A stretch of 64,000 nucleotides of DNA from a virus, in the IMG/VR virus record IMGVR_UViG_3300020045_010841, positions 1-64,000 of that record. One strand, 5' to 3'. This document shows, piece by piece, positions 10,650-20,906 of this stretch. The position numbers and the translations under genes were made by a program. The first letter of the stretch is position 1. Every line of letters begins with the position of its first letter. The notes below the pieces were generated by a model. That model was not told where the DNA came from. It did no database searches and saw only the letters and a program-made list of their open reading frames with translations.

Positions 10650-11315
10650 TTACTTTCCGTATATATAATCTAATATATCACCTACTAAACCACTTCGATG
10701 ATTTTCTTTTAATTTAATATGTTCTATACCTTCAATATTTTTAGATAATTCTATTGCGAAATCAAGTCCTGTTTGTCCTCCAGTTTCTTTATCCACATTA
10801 ATATCTCTTTGAGATGAATCTCCATTTATAATTATTTTACCCGTTACTCCTAAACGAGTTAAAATGGCTTCCATTTCTCCTTTAGTCAAATTTTGAGCTT
10901 CTTCTACAATTAAAATATCATCAACTGTTTTTCCTCGAATAAATTGGATAGGGAGTGCTTGTATTTTCCCATTTTTAATAAATTCATCTATTTTAAGTCT
11001 ATCAGTACATTTATATAAATTTTCAACCAAAGCTTCCATATATGGATTAAATTTATCTTTTAAATCTCCAGGTAAAAATCCTAAACTTTTTCCTACCTCA
11101 ACGGCACTTCGAGATACAAGAATTTTATCAACTTGTTTTGTATTTAAAAAATCTAATGCAGTTATTGATCCTACTAAGGATTTTCCGGAACCTGCTCTAC
11201 CGGTAATTATAACTATTTGATTATCTAAAATTAATCTTTTTGCTTCTTTTTGCTCTTCGTTTAATTGGATATTATACTTAATTTCATTTTTGCGAGGACG
11301 ATTAGGTTCTTTCAT
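10650..11315 (-). CDS. phoH: PhoH-family ATPase
   Basis: GRAGSGKS Walker A; LGFLPGDLKDKFNPY, FIRGKT, EEAQN, LTRLG, GDSSQ, HRS motifs. Confidence 0.95.
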   Translation of the reverse strand: MKEPNRPRKNEIKYNIQLNEEQKEAKRLILDNQIVIITGRAGSGKSLVGSITALDFLNTKQVDKILVSRSAVEVGKSLGFLPGDLKDKFNPYMEALVENLYKCTDRLKIDEFIKNGKIQALPIQFIRGKTVDDILIVEEAQNLTKGEMEAILTRLGVTGKIIINGDSSQRDINVDKETGGQTGLDFAIELSKNIEGIEHIKLKENHRSGLVGDILDYIYGK

Positions 11316-11340
11316 ATAATTATTTTTTATTATTTATGGT

Positions 11341-11375
11341 AATATACAAAAGAGGCCTGGAATATCCAAGCCTCT
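11341..11375 (-). terminator. Capsid-gene terminator hairpin fused to a GTATATT promoter-like element for phoH
   Basis: Minus strand AGAGGCTTGGA-TAT-TCCAGGCCTCT-TTTGTATATT. Confidence 0.65.
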
Positions 11376-11397
11376 ATTGAGAAATATTTATATTCTA

Positions 11398-13026
11398 TTA
11401 GATAGAATCTAAGTCTGCGATAAGAATTTTACCATAGAATTCGGGCCTTAACATTTTCTTAGCATATCTTGTCATTATCCCTTTGCGAGGTGTGAAAGTA
11501 TTTGGATCATATACTAATGGAGTAGTCATAATTGGAATGTATGGAGCATATACAGCACCTGTTTCCAAGAATTGATTACCTCTGAATCCCATTAATATTG
11601 TGTTCTCAGTCATATATGGGTTTTTGTAAACTTTATAACGAGAATTTAATTGACCTACTTTTTGTACACCAAATGCGTAAGACATTTTTTCTGCACTACC
11701 ATCTGTATCAGCAGCGAATCCTGGGATTGATTCTAATACTGTAGCAACTGTTGGAGAAACTACCATGAAGTTAGCACCACCTCTTAAAGTCTTTTGGTGA
11801 ATTTGGTTAGATAATTTTTGCATTTTAACCCCCAATGTTTGGAACCAAGACATTTTAGTGTAATACAAACCAGCATTGTTTGTGTTTGTGAATGAACCAC
11901 CAGTGTATTCAACACCTACTTTTGCTGACCAATACTCAGTTGTTGGGGCGTTTGTGATTAACATATCTAATATTTCCATATCGATTTCTAATGAGATATA
12001 TTCAGACATTAATCCTGTTACTTCAGCTTCAGCATCAATTGATTGAAATGCATTTAAATCTTGAGAGAATTCTGGTGTCCAGCTTGCTTTTAATTTTTTA
12101 GTTTTAGCAACAATCGGTTCAGATTTCATTTGAATATTAAATTCAGGAATTGAAATACTATCAGATGAAGCAGCATTTGGAATTGAGAATGTACCTGCTG
12201 TACTATCTTCAAAGTCACCTCTGTTGTTATCTTTAGTTTGTTTATTATATAATACTACGGCTCCTGTTAATGTTGGGGCACCATTATAAATAAATTCAAC
12301 ATTACCACCAGATAATTTGGTAAAGTTTTGCAATACATTTGTTACACTTACTCCAGAACCAGATACCATAAATGCTCTAACACCATTAGTATCAAAATCA
12401 GTTAATGAAGATGTTGCTACAGTAATTTTTCTCAAGGTACCTGCAGAAATTGAGGCAGAATAATTTGCATCATAATTTACATCTACCATAGAAGCAGAAA
12501 CTACTGCTCCAAAACCAGCAGATGCAGAGGCAACAGAGAATTGGTTAGTTGAGTAACCATATCTACCAGCACCATATAAACCACCTTCTGCGTCGTTTGA
12601 GAATGGAGTTGATAAACTATTTTTACCATATAAAGATTCACCTTTAGCGAATGGAGATTTTGTATTACCGTATTGGAAATCTAAGAAGAAAACCAAACCA
12701 GCAGGTAATGACATAGGTTGAACAGAAACGAATTCTTTTGCGGCAATTTGACCAAATACTTTACGTACTAATGGCAATGCCACAGCAGCATATTGTTCAC
12801 CTGATCCCGCTGTGAATGTTGCTCCACCTTGGTTAGTTGTATTAGATTCTAATACTAATTGTTTTGCTTGGCTTTCTAACAATACGGCCATATTGGCTTT
12901 TTCTGTATCGTTACTAAGATTTTCTAAAAGACCTGATTTTCCCCATTTTGAAACCAATTTCATGGCACCACTCAATTGAGATTGGTATGGGTTTGATCCT
13001 TCTAATAATTGTTGTACTACTGACAT
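11398..13026 (-). CDS. gp23: Major capsid protein, T4 gp23-like
   Basis: LPLVRKVF, VSVQPMSLPAGLVFFLDF, KKLKASWTPE..QDL, EIDMEIL, YAPYIP, FTPRKGIMTRYA motifs. Confidence 0.97.
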   Translation of the reverse strand: MSVVQQLLEGSNPYQSQLSGAMKLVSKWGKSGLLENLSNDTEKANMAVLLESQAKQLVLESNTTNQGGATFTAGSGEQYAAVALPLVRKVFGQIAAKEFVSVQPMSLPAGLVFFLDFQYGNTKSPFAKGESLYGKNSLSTPFSNDAEGGLYGAGRYGYSTNQFSVASASAGFGAVVSASMVDVNYDANYSASISAGTLRKITVATSSLTDFDTNGVRAFMVSGSGVSVTNVLQNFTKLSGGNVEFIYNGAPTLTGAVVLYNKQTKDNNRGDFEDSTAGTFSIPNAASSDSISIPEFNIQMKSEPIVAKTKKLKASWTPEFSQDLNAFQSIDAEAEVTGLMSEYISLEIDMEILDMLITNAPTTEYWSAKVGVEYTGGSFTNTNNAGLYYTKMSWFQTLGVKMQKLSNQIHQKTLRGGANFMVVSPTVATVLESIPGFAADTDGSAEKMSYAFGVQKVGQLNSRYKVYKNPYMTENTILMGFRGNQFLETGAVYAPYIPIMTTPLVYDPNTFTPRKGIMTRYAKKMLRPEFYGKILIADLDSI

Positions 13027-13040
13027 TTTTTCTTTTTATT

Positions 13041-14057
13041 TTAGTTTTTAATTCCAGCTAATTTTTGCATTCTAGCAACAAAATCAACATTTTCTGTTAA
13101 TATTTGGCTAGGTCTTTGAGTAGCAACACCTGCTGGTCTTGATGCACTTCCTCTGTTTTCATTCATTGGCCTTTTTGGAGAAGTAATTAATGATTCTTTT
13201 AATGTAACGAATACATTTTCAGTTTCTTTAATAGTACCTGTTCTGTCAAAGGCGTTAATAACTTTTACTTTTTGGGATTCAGTTAAATTCATTGCTTTGA
13301 ACAATTTATTAACATGTAAAAGTTTTGAATTTAATAAATTAAGCTCTTTTAATGTTTTAGATTGTTCAGAAATAATTTGTCTAGCTTCTTGTAATTGTTC
13401 AGCGTTTTCTCTAAAACCCCCCATTTCTTTTGGTGATACACTTTTACCACCATAAAGGAAATTTGAAATAGCATCAAATCCTTTTCCTGTTTTAGCAGCA
13501 ATTTTTTTAATCAAAATTTCGATATCACCATCTCCATTTGATCCTTTTGGATTTCCTGCGGCACTACCAGCACCCCAATCTTCATCCAAACTAATTTCTT
13601 CATCGTCAGAAATTTCATCCTCAGATGTTTCAAATTCTTCTTCAGGAGCTTCAAACTCTTCTTCAGATCCACCTTCTAATTCGCCCATTACATCACGAAT
13701 GATATCTTTAAGCTCATCAACAGTAAGTTCTGCTACTTCTTCATCGCCTGCTACTTCTTCAGATCCTTCTACTTCTTCAGATCCTTCTACTTCTTCCGAA
13801 GCTTCTTCTGTTTCGGTTTCATCTACTTCATTGATTCCAGATTCTGAACCTTCTAATTCGTTTAGTAATTCATCTAAAGTAATTTCATCTTCTGATCCTT
13901 CTAATTCCTCTTCCATTTCATTTAATTGAGTTGAAAGCATTGATTTTACTTGTGGGGCGAAAGATTCGGCCATGGCTAATTTTGCATTACTAAATGCTGT
14001 TTCTCTAATGGCTTTTGCTTCAGCAATTGCGTCATTAAAAAATTTTGTTTTTGACAT
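13041..14057 (-). CDS. Prohead scaffold / core protein
   Basis: Very acidic and predicted coiled coil; lies between protease and capsid genes; many L/I-x-E sites; C-terminal RMQKLAGI. Confidence 0.85.
   Translation of the reverse strand: MSKTKFFNDAIAEAKAIRETAFSNAKLAMAESFAPQVKSMLSTQLNEMEEELEGSEDEITLDELLNELEGSESGINEVDETETEEASEEVEGSEEVEGSEEVAGDEEVAELTVDELKDIIRDVMGELEGGSEEEFEAPEEEFETSEDEISDDEEISLDEDWGAGSAAGNPKGSNGDGDIEILIKKIAAKTGKGFDAISNFLYGGKSVSPKEMGGFRENAEQLQEARQIISEQSKTLKELNLLNSKLLHVNKLFKAMNLTESQKVKVINAFDRTGTIKETENVFVTLKESLITSPKRPMNENRGSASRPAGVATQRPSQILTENVDFVARMQKLAGIKN
13730..13800 (-). repeat. 18-bp tandem repeat encoding EEVEGS / EEVAGD in the scaffold
   Basis: tacttcttcagatccttc occurs twice, flanked by degenerate copies. 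Confidence 0.8.
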
Positions 14058-14149
14058 TAAAATTTATTTTTGATTGTTTAACTGCTTATTGGAAGCAATA
14101 TAGGAAGTTTGTATTGAGGGAGATTATAGTATGATAATCTATCTATATT

Positions 14150-14157
14150 CATAAATA
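14150..14157 (-). promoter_or_regulatory. Putative late promoter TATTTATG for the scaffold/capsid operon
   Basis: Octamer variant downstream of a terminator, about 92 nt before the scaffold ATG. Confidence 0.5.
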
Positions 14158-14185
14158 TATAAGGAAGGTTCAAAAATATAAAGAG

Positions 14186-14219
14186 GGAAAAAGAAATGCA
14201 TCCTTTTCGGGGATGCATT
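14186..14219 (-). terminator. Intrinsic terminator after the prohead protease
   Basis: AATGCATCC-CCGAAAA-GGATGCATT followed by TCTTTTT. Confidence 0.75.
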
Positions 14220-14247
14220 ATATCATAAATAATATTTATGTAAATTT

Positions 14248-14862
14248 TTATCTTAAACAACATATACCAGTAGCATTACATACTATTTCTGATATTAGTT
14301 CGTTTATTTTAGTATATTTAGTATTAACTTGTGGAACATAATTTTCATTTAATCCAATAGGTTTTACAAATGCTCCCTGCGTAGATGGTTCTGATACTAT
14401 GTCAAAGCAAACTAACGAAAGATCGTCTTGTACTTCAACAGTACCTTCACCTAAGTTTTGAACTGAACCCATTGCTCTTGATGATATCCCTATTTCAACT
14501 CCACCTTTAACTAATGCTTTAACTATATTACCAGAAGGCGTATCTAATATAAGTAATTTAGCTCTTACATCATCTCCATCCCACCACACTTCAGTTATTC
14601 TGTGACAGACGTTTTTCAAATTTATTATTTGACTGTCTGGATGGTCTAATTCCCCGGTTGCTCTATTTTCAGCAACGGGCCCTTGGCTATATCGTTCGAT
14701 TTCTTTCATCAAAACCTCTTTCGGATAAACCCTTCCATTTTGATTTTTAGCGTCTGCTCTTTGAATAATACCTTCCAAAACTAAATCACCACCACTTTTA
14801 ATACTTTCAAGTAATGACTGTCTATCTAATTTTAGAGGAAAATGTTCTACTAATAATTGCAT
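14248..14862 (-). CDS. gp21: Prohead core protease, T4 gp21-like
   Basis: NQNGRVYP, GELDHP, ILDTPSG, GISSRAMGS, FDIVSEPS motifs. Confidence 0.95.
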   Translation of the reverse strand: MQLLVEHFPLKLDRQSLLESIKSGGDLVLEGIIQRADAKNQNGRVYPKEVLMKEIERYSQGPVAENRATGELDHPDSQIINLKNVCHRITEVWWDGDDVRAKLLILDTPSGNIVKALVKGGVEIGISSRAMGSVQNLGEGTVEVQDDLSLVCFDIVSEPSTQGAFVKPIGLNENYVPQVNTKYTKINELISEIVCNATGICCLR

Positions 14863-14863
14863 A

Positions 14864-15901
14864 TTATATATTACTTTTAGTTAATTGCACTCCTTTCATA
14901 CGAGCAGCATTTGATAATGAAGTTGCTTCAGTATTATCTTTTGCATATGTAATATTACCTGCTTTATCTTTTAAAACAACTGCTTCATCTATAGGATGAG
15001 TTAAATCACTTATAGATAAATCGTAATTAGATAAAACTCCTTTTACACTATCTAATGGAATTTGTTCTCCATATTCTACTCCTAAATCATTTAATGCATC
15101 TTTTGCATCAGGTAAATGATCACCTGCTAAACTAGCTAATTTAGTTAATGCCCTTAATGTAATTGTTTTCCCAACACTAGGTATCATATCTTCGTTTAAT
15201 TCAGAACGTCTTTTTAATTCATTCTCAATTTCTTCCATTACATCACTGTCTTGCATATCTTCCTCAGTAAACCCTAATTCTTCAATTATTTGTTGTACTA
15301 TTTTTTGGGTTTGGGGAGACATATTATCTAAATCCAATTCATCACACCCACAATTAGTATATGGAGATTCTTCTTCATCATCAAAATCAACATTTTCTCT
15401 TATAACGTTCTTTTTACCTTTACCTATTGCATCTAAAGTTTGTTTAGTTACTTCTTCTGGTCTTTGATTTTCTTTTTCTTGTTTTTTTTCAACATCACTC
15501 ATCATTTTTTTAGTGTAATAATAAGGCTCTGTTGTTAAGTTTTTTAATACCTTTTTCTGTGCTTTAAGCATAGAATCTTCATTCGGTAAATTATTGCCTA
15601 CGGATAAATCACATATTTCTAATTCGTAATTTATTCCTTTACTATATTCATAAGGAGAAACCATATCTATAGTAAATGATTCTACTTCAGGTAATAAAGG
15701 ATTTTTATCCGCTTTATACTTGTTTGATAATTCTTTATTTTCAGAAATTATAGATTTTTTCTTTAAAATTTGAATTGTATCAGCGAATGAATTAAAGCGT
15801 GTAATCATAGTTAAACTAGGATCACGACGTACCTCGTAAAGAAATTTATCTTTGTTTATAGTACCTTGTACTAATTGATTATATAGTGATTGTGCTGTCA
15901 T
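14864..15901 (-). CDS. Hypothetical head-associated protein
   Basis: Intact ORF in the head cluster; GINYEL...LKNL..EPYYYT segment resembles DUF5661-type motifs; several L/I-x-E sites. Confidence 0.6.
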   Translation of the reverse strand: MTAQSLYNQLVQGTINKDKFLYEVRRDPSLTMITRFNSFADTIQILKKKSIISENKELSNKYKADKNPLLPEVESFTIDMVSPYEYSKGINYELEICDLSVGNNLPNEDSMLKAQKKVLKNLTTEPYYYTKKMMSDVEKKQEKENQRPEEVTKQTLDAIGKGKKNVIRENVDFDDEEESPYTNCGCDELDLDNMSPQTQKIVQQIIEELGFTEEDMQDSDVMEEIENELKRRSELNEDMIPSVGKTITLRALTKLASLAGDHLPDAKDALNDLGVEYGEQIPLDSVKGVLSNYDLSISDLTHPIDEAVVLKDKAGNITYAKDNTEATSLSNAARMKGVQLTKSNI

Positions 15902-15906
15902 ATTAA

Positions 15907-17829
15907 TTATTGATTATGTCTTATTTTATTCATGAATATTAGAGATGATTTTGTAATATAATCCCCACCATTTGATGTATAGAATTTGGTTTGGAAATCA
16001 TTATGGCCTATATCAATTTTATTTACTAAAAAACCTCCTTTTTTAGTTACTATTATATCCCCAACCTTTATATTATCGGGATTAAAATCATGAATAGGTT
16101 TAGTAAAATCCCAATTACGGGCCGGTTTATTGATTTTTATCTCACCTAAATTTTTATTTTTTATTATATTTTGATTATTTAATCTTATCATATTATAAGT
16201 TCCAGTATCTGTTTTTATTATATCAGGACCTACCATATCTAAAATTTCTTTCTTTTCACCATTGGGATCTATAACATAATCTCCTATATTTACTTTATTA
16301 TTCCAAGATTTCCAATCATCATGAATGAAATCCCAAACTCGTTTTGGTCTATTTATTTTGACTTCGTCAACAGGACTAGATTTTGATAATTTTAATAAAT
16401 CATTATAAAATTGAGTTATTTCTATTGGAGATAAATTAGGTATTAATTCATCCAAGTATACCGCTTCAGGGTATTTATTAAAATATATATCCTCTACTTC
16501 TTCTCGTTTCCGGTCTTCTGGGATAGAATTATATAATTGAATTAAATCTTTTTCTGTTTTTATTCCAGGTGTATTTACTCTTACTTCATCAATTGAAGTT
16601 ATTTTAGATAATACTTCTTTTAATTTATCGTGTATTTTATATATACTATTTTTAGTACGTTTTAAATACTCTATTTCTTGATCACCTTCTTGTAATTCAC
16701 CCTTAATACGTGAAGTAAATTCAATTAAACGATTTACATCATCCAACTTCATACCAATTTCTTTTATTGCGCGATGAAGTATTTCTTGTGGTTTAGGTTT
16801 TGATGCAGAACGTTTAAATTGAGTGTAGCGAGACTCATTTATTGGCTCTAAATCTTGTTTTTTAACCCAAACTTCAGCTCGCCTATGTCCTTCTGGGTAA
16901 ATATATACTCTATCATCAACATATCTACTTACAATAAATTCTTCTCCATCCTCTGTTTTTACTTTTTGTCCAATTTTGAATGGTTGGGTTGGGTTGTTTA
17001 CTTTGACTTCATTAGTAGAAGATGAAAAATCTATTTCATCATCAGTCCACCAATATTCAACATTTTTATCCCCCTCAGGGAACGAGATTAAACTCCATGT
17101 TGTTGAATTTCTATCCCAAGAATCATCATATCCTTGATATTCTAATGATTTATCTATTTCGTCTTTATATTCATTATAATTAACTCCCCTTTTATAAACT
17201 AAAATATTATTTTTATCACCACTATTAAGTTTAGCTTTAATAATAAGGGGATTGTTTACTTTAATTTCATTTAAATTATCTCCTAAATAAATATATCTAT
17301 TTGGTTTTAAATTATATTTTTTTAATGCTGATTTATATAATTCTGTTGGATTTTCAATTGTAAATTCAGGCAATAATTCATCTATGCCTTGATCATGGTT
17401 TGTACTATAGTCGTCCTCACCACTATCATAAAGTAAAATGTCTAGTTGGCCTTTTGGATATTCGGTCCAATATGCTTCTCCCCAATTACTATCTCCTATT
17501 TTTCCTAATTTTGCTACTTTAACTTCTTGAGGATCCCTAGTTGCGGTAAATGCATTAACTAATCCTGGTTTGTTTACTTTTACTTCTTTCCATAAATCCT
17601 TACTATTAAGTCTTTGTTTTGGATTTACTATTTTGAATTTCATCTTTTTAGTATACATGTTTGGATTAGGAGATGATTCAAATCCAGTTGGTGATTTTAT
17701 ATCTTGTTTTTTTGGTTTACGGAAAGCAGCTTTAGTAAGATATCCTCCCGCGCCACCAGAAGTGGACATTTCTTTCATCAATTCCATACAATAAGCCTTG
17801 ATGGATGAACGTAAGATATTTCTATTCAT
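15907..17829 (-). CDS. Six-module KVNNP-tagged polyprotein (putative internal head protein)
   Basis: Tags EVKVNKP, EIKVNNP, EVKVNNP, EVRVNTP, EVKINRP, EIKINKP; N-terminal E|MSTSGGAGGY.TK.AF segment. Confidence 0.8.
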   Translation of the reverse strand: MNRNILRSSIKAYCMELMKEMSTSGGAGGYLTKAAFRKPKKQDIKSPTGFESSPNPNMYTKKMKFKIVNPKQRLNSKDLWKEVKVNKPGLVNAFTATRDPQEVKVAKLGKIGDSNWGEAYWTEYPKGQLDILLYDSGEDDYSTNHDQGIDELLPEFTIENPTELYKSALKKYNLKPNRYIYLGDNLNEIKVNNPLIIKAKLNSGDKNNILVYKRGVNYNEYKDEIDKSLEYQGYDDSWDRNSTTWSLISFPEGDKNVEYWWTDDEIDFSSSTNEVKVNNPTQPFKIGQKVKTEDGEEFIVSRYVDDRVYIYPEGHRRAEVWVKKQDLEPINESRYTQFKRSASKPKPQEILHRAIKEIGMKLDDVNRLIEFTSRIKGELQEGDQEIEYLKRTKNSIYKIHDKLKEVLSKITSIDEVRVNTPGIKTEKDLIQLYNSIPEDRKREEVEDIYFNKYPEAVYLDELIPNLSPIEITQFYNDLLKLSKSSPVDEVKINRPKRVWDFIHDDWKSWNNKVNIGDYVIDPNGEKKEILDMVGPDIIKTDTGTYNMIRLNNQNIIKNKNLGEIKINKPARNWDFTKPIHDFNPDNIKVGDIIVTKKGGFLVNKIDIGHNDFQTKFYTSNGGDYITKSSLIFMNKIRHNQ

Positions 17830-18094
17830 TTGTTTTAACTAAAATATCAAAAATTAATTCATTAGCATCATTTTCATCAAACCCATAATCTATCAAAAGA
17901 TAAATTAAGTCTTTATATTTTTTTATATCCTCCAAATCATGAGCAAATCCATTATACTGCCCAGGCTCTTGATAAAATTCTTCTTGATTTCTAAGTATTT
18001 CTCCTTTAAGAACATCAAAAGGAACTTGTCTGAAATTTGTTGGGTTATTTATTTTAATTTCAGCAATTAACTGCATCCTTTTAACTTGGTCCAT
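17822..18094 (-). CDS. Small acidic KINNP-module protein
   Basis: Starts MDQVKRMQLIAEIKINNP, a shortened leader. Confidence 0.75.
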   Translation of the reverse strand: MDQVKRMQLIAEIKINNPTNFRQVPFDVLKGEILRNQEEFYQEPGQYNGFAHDLEDIKKYKDLIYLLIDYGFDENDANELIFDILVKTNE

Positions 18095-18939
18095 TATAAC
18101 TTGGATATTTCCTTATTTAACTCGATATATTGTAGTAAAGTAATTACATAATCATCTTTCATCTTTTTAGACTCAAGGATGGGATTTATTAATGATATAA
18201 TCTCATTTACTTTAATGTTAGTAACTTGATCGTCAATTTTTTTATTATTAGCAATAAGTAATTTTTTCAATGCAATAAATTTTTTATCTATAAATTCCTT
18301 TAATACAACAGTATTGGATATATTATTTATATACGTTTTAAGTACACTTTTTTGTTCAACATCGAGCCCATCATATTTATCATTAAATTTTTCAAGCATT
18401 ACTTTATATACTAAAAATCGTTCTCCTTTATCTAAATGGGATAATTCTTGATATATTTGTGTTTCTTTTTCTACAGTAGATTCAACTAAATATTCAACTA
18501 AATTAATTTTAGATGAAATAATAATTTCAGGATTTGGATTTTGAATGAAATTTGATTCAATCAAAACATATATTGATGCAAGTGTTTTATAATTATCGAT
18601 AGAGGCTTTAAAGAAATCATCTATATCATAATGAGCTTTTATTTCTTTAATTAAATTATATTTTTCTTTAATTAGTTTTTTTCTATCAAGCCTACTAGAT
18701 AATTCTTGTATAGTATTAATTATTATATCAGCTCTATTTTCGGATAAATTTTGAGTTTTTAATAGTGTTTGATATAATCTGTTCTCTTTAGATATTTCAG
18801 TATTAGTGAAGTATTTTTTTAGAATATTAATAGCTTGAGAATCCTGATTAGTGATTGTTTCATTAGTAATTTTTCTTACCAATAATTCAAATAATATTCC
18901 AGAATTCTTATATTTAGAGTGTGAAACTTTGTTCATCAA
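18094..18939 (-). CDS. Hypothetical protein downstream of the portal (possible prohead core component)
   Basis: HSKYKNSGILFELLVR start, helical composition, position in the head cluster. Confidence 0.6.
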   Translation of the reverse strand: MMNKVSHSKYKNSGILFELLVRKITNETITNQDSQAINILKKYFTNTEISKENRLYQTLLKTQNLSENRADIIINTIQELSSRLDRKKLIKEKYNLIKEIKAHYDIDDFFKASIDNYKTLASIYVLIESNFIQNPNPEIIISSKINLVEYLVESTVEKETQIYQELSHLDKGERFLVYKVMLEKFNDKYDGLDVEQKSVLKTYINNISNTVVLKEFIDKKFIALKKLLIANNKKIDDQVTNIKVNEIISLINPILESKKMKDDYVITLLQYIELNKEISKL

Positions 18940-18952
18940 TATATTATTTAAT

Positions 18953-18960
18953 TATAAATA
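18953..18960 (-). promoter_or_regulatory. Putative late promoter TATTTATA
   Basis: Recurrent octamer in the 21-nt gap after the portal stop codon. Confidence 0.5.
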
Positions 18961-20889
18961 TTAGTCTATTTCGTTTTCCGGTAAAATATTACTTATATCT
19001 AATAAATTACTTTCTTCAAATAATTTTATTTTACGTGGAGGAAACATACTTTTAAGTGATTTCTCATTTTGTAGATATACAGCTTGAGCCACTTCTAATT
19101 TAAGTGCTCCTCCTTTTAAAGGTGGATTTAAATCAGTTACTTTTTCTTCCCCATCATCTTTCATACCCATACTACCTAATCTATCTTTACCTAATGCAGA
19201 ATTTTGTGTTCCGATATCAGACGCCTTTTCTTCTGGTCTCCCCAACACAGCATCAGGAATTTCTGTAGATCTTTCATCATATCCTTTTGGAACTTCTCTA
19301 TGTCCTTTATTACTACCCAATGCAACTAATTGATGTGGTGTACCGAATGCTTCTCCAGTATCTGCAGGATCATTTCCTTCATTCTCGATTTGATTAATTC
19401 TAAATTTACGTTTTGTATCTTCAATGATTAAATCTCTATATTCTTCATATTGTGTTTGAGAGAAGTTATAAACATGATCATATACCCAATCAGAAGGCAA
19501 TAATTTATTATCTAATATAGTTACAGCTAAGTCAGTTTTTTCTTTTAATAATGAAATTCTTTCTTGGTCGTATATAATTGATGGTGGGGTAAGAGATAAT
19601 TGGAAATTTGTTAATGCGTCTCCATCATATCCTTGAGCATATAAATGGACAATAGCAATTCTAGTTAATTCCGATACTATTATGCGTTGTATTCTTTCAA
19701 CACTACGTGCAAAACGAATATCTTCAGATGCTAATGTGCTTTTACCACTTAAATCTTTTTCATATCCTAAATAAGCTTTAGGTACTCTTAATGCGGCAAA
19801 TAATTTATCTTTCAGGTAATTAATATCATCCATTGCCATATATTCAAGACCTTTTGTTGTCTCGATTTTAGTGGAGGTATCATTACCACGAACAGGTATG
19901 TAGAAGTCTTCTAATATATTTTGAACATTAAATTTTAAATTGTAGTCTCCTGTTTTTGGATCAGTATATGGAGTTTTTTTCATCTTATTGATGGTTTTCT
20001 GCATAAATTGTTCCACTTCATTAGGAGGTATATTACCAACATTAATAAAGAATGTTCTTTTTTCAGGAGCTCTAACAATACGATGTATTAACATCGCATC
20101 TTCCATTAATTGAAGTTGTTTAAATATTTTACGAGCGGGCTCAAGATGGCTTCTTCCGTATGGAAGATAATTATAATCACTTAATAGACGGAAATGAGAT
20201 ATTTCGTAATTTTCGAATGTAATTTTTTTAGAACCAGCTCCCGCCATTAATTGTTGATGACCTAGTGGGGATTGTTGTGATGAAAATGTTGGGTCGTATA
20301 CGAATTTTACTTCTTGAGGGTTTAATGGGTCTTCACCTTCTGTTCTAATCATAGTATATGATGAGAAAGGTATTACATTATATACGCCGAATTTTTCACT
20401 TATTTCTAATTTAAGATAAAAATCACCATATTTACACATATTTCTAGTCCAAGACCATAAATTATATTCAATATTTAATATATCATAAAATAAATTATAT
20501 AGTAATTTTTGAACAGTATCATCTGAGCTTCGTATTTGTAATATTTCACCAAAGTCGTTTCTTAAACCAACCTCATCTGCAATAATATCTAATGCAGAGG
20601 CAATAATAGCATCTGTGTCCATTGCCTCATAATCAGTATATAATTGTATACGAGATGTAGGTAATGAATTTATATTTGCATATGCATTTCTACCAGATGT
20701 AGTATATACTTTATTATATTTATCATATAATGAGTTAGTTGCTAATTCACCATTAGCCTGTATTTTATTTACATCGACTACTTTTAGTTGGTTTTGGCCT
20801 GTGTTATGAAGAATAACATCAGTCGAAAATAACTTTTGTATTTTAGAAAAGAATGTGCTATTAATTTGTGGATTTTGATTGTCGTCCAT
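18961..20889 (-). CDS. gp20: Portal protein, T4 gp20-like
   Basis: YGRSHLE.ARK, EDAMLIHRIVRAPEKR.F.INVGN, EDFYIPVR, ALRVPKAYL motifs. Confidence 0.95.
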   Translation of the reverse strand: MDDNQNPQINSTFFSKIQKLFSTDVILHNTGQNQLKVVDVNKIQANGELATNSLYDKYNKVYTTSGRNAYANINSLPTSRIQLYTDYEAMDTDAIIASALDIIADEVGLRNDFGEILQIRSSDDTVQKLLYNLFYDILNIEYNLWSWTRNMCKYGDFYLKLEISEKFGVYNVIPFSSYTMIRTEGEDPLNPQEVKFVYDPTFSSQQSPLGHQQLMAGAGSKKITFENYEISHFRLLSDYNYLPYGRSHLEPARKIFKQLQLMEDAMLIHRIVRAPEKRTFFINVGNIPPNEVEQFMQKTINKMKKTPYTDPKTGDYNLKFNVQNILEDFYIPVRGNDTSTKIETTKGLEYMAMDDINYLKDKLFAALRVPKAYLGYEKDLSGKSTLASEDIRFARSVERIQRIIVSELTRIAIVHLYAQGYDGDALTNFQLSLTPPSIIYDQERISLLKEKTDLAVTILDNKLLPSDWVYDHVYNFSQTQYEEYRDLIIEDTKRKFRINQIENEGNDPADTGEAFGTPHQLVALGSNKGHREVPKGYDERSTEIPDAVLGRPEEKASDIGTQNSALGKDRLGSMGMKDDGEEKVTDLNPPLKGGALKLEVAQAVYLQNEKSLKSMFPPRKIKLFEESNLLDISNILPENEID

Positions 20890-20906
20890 TATTTATTATT
20901 TATTAT

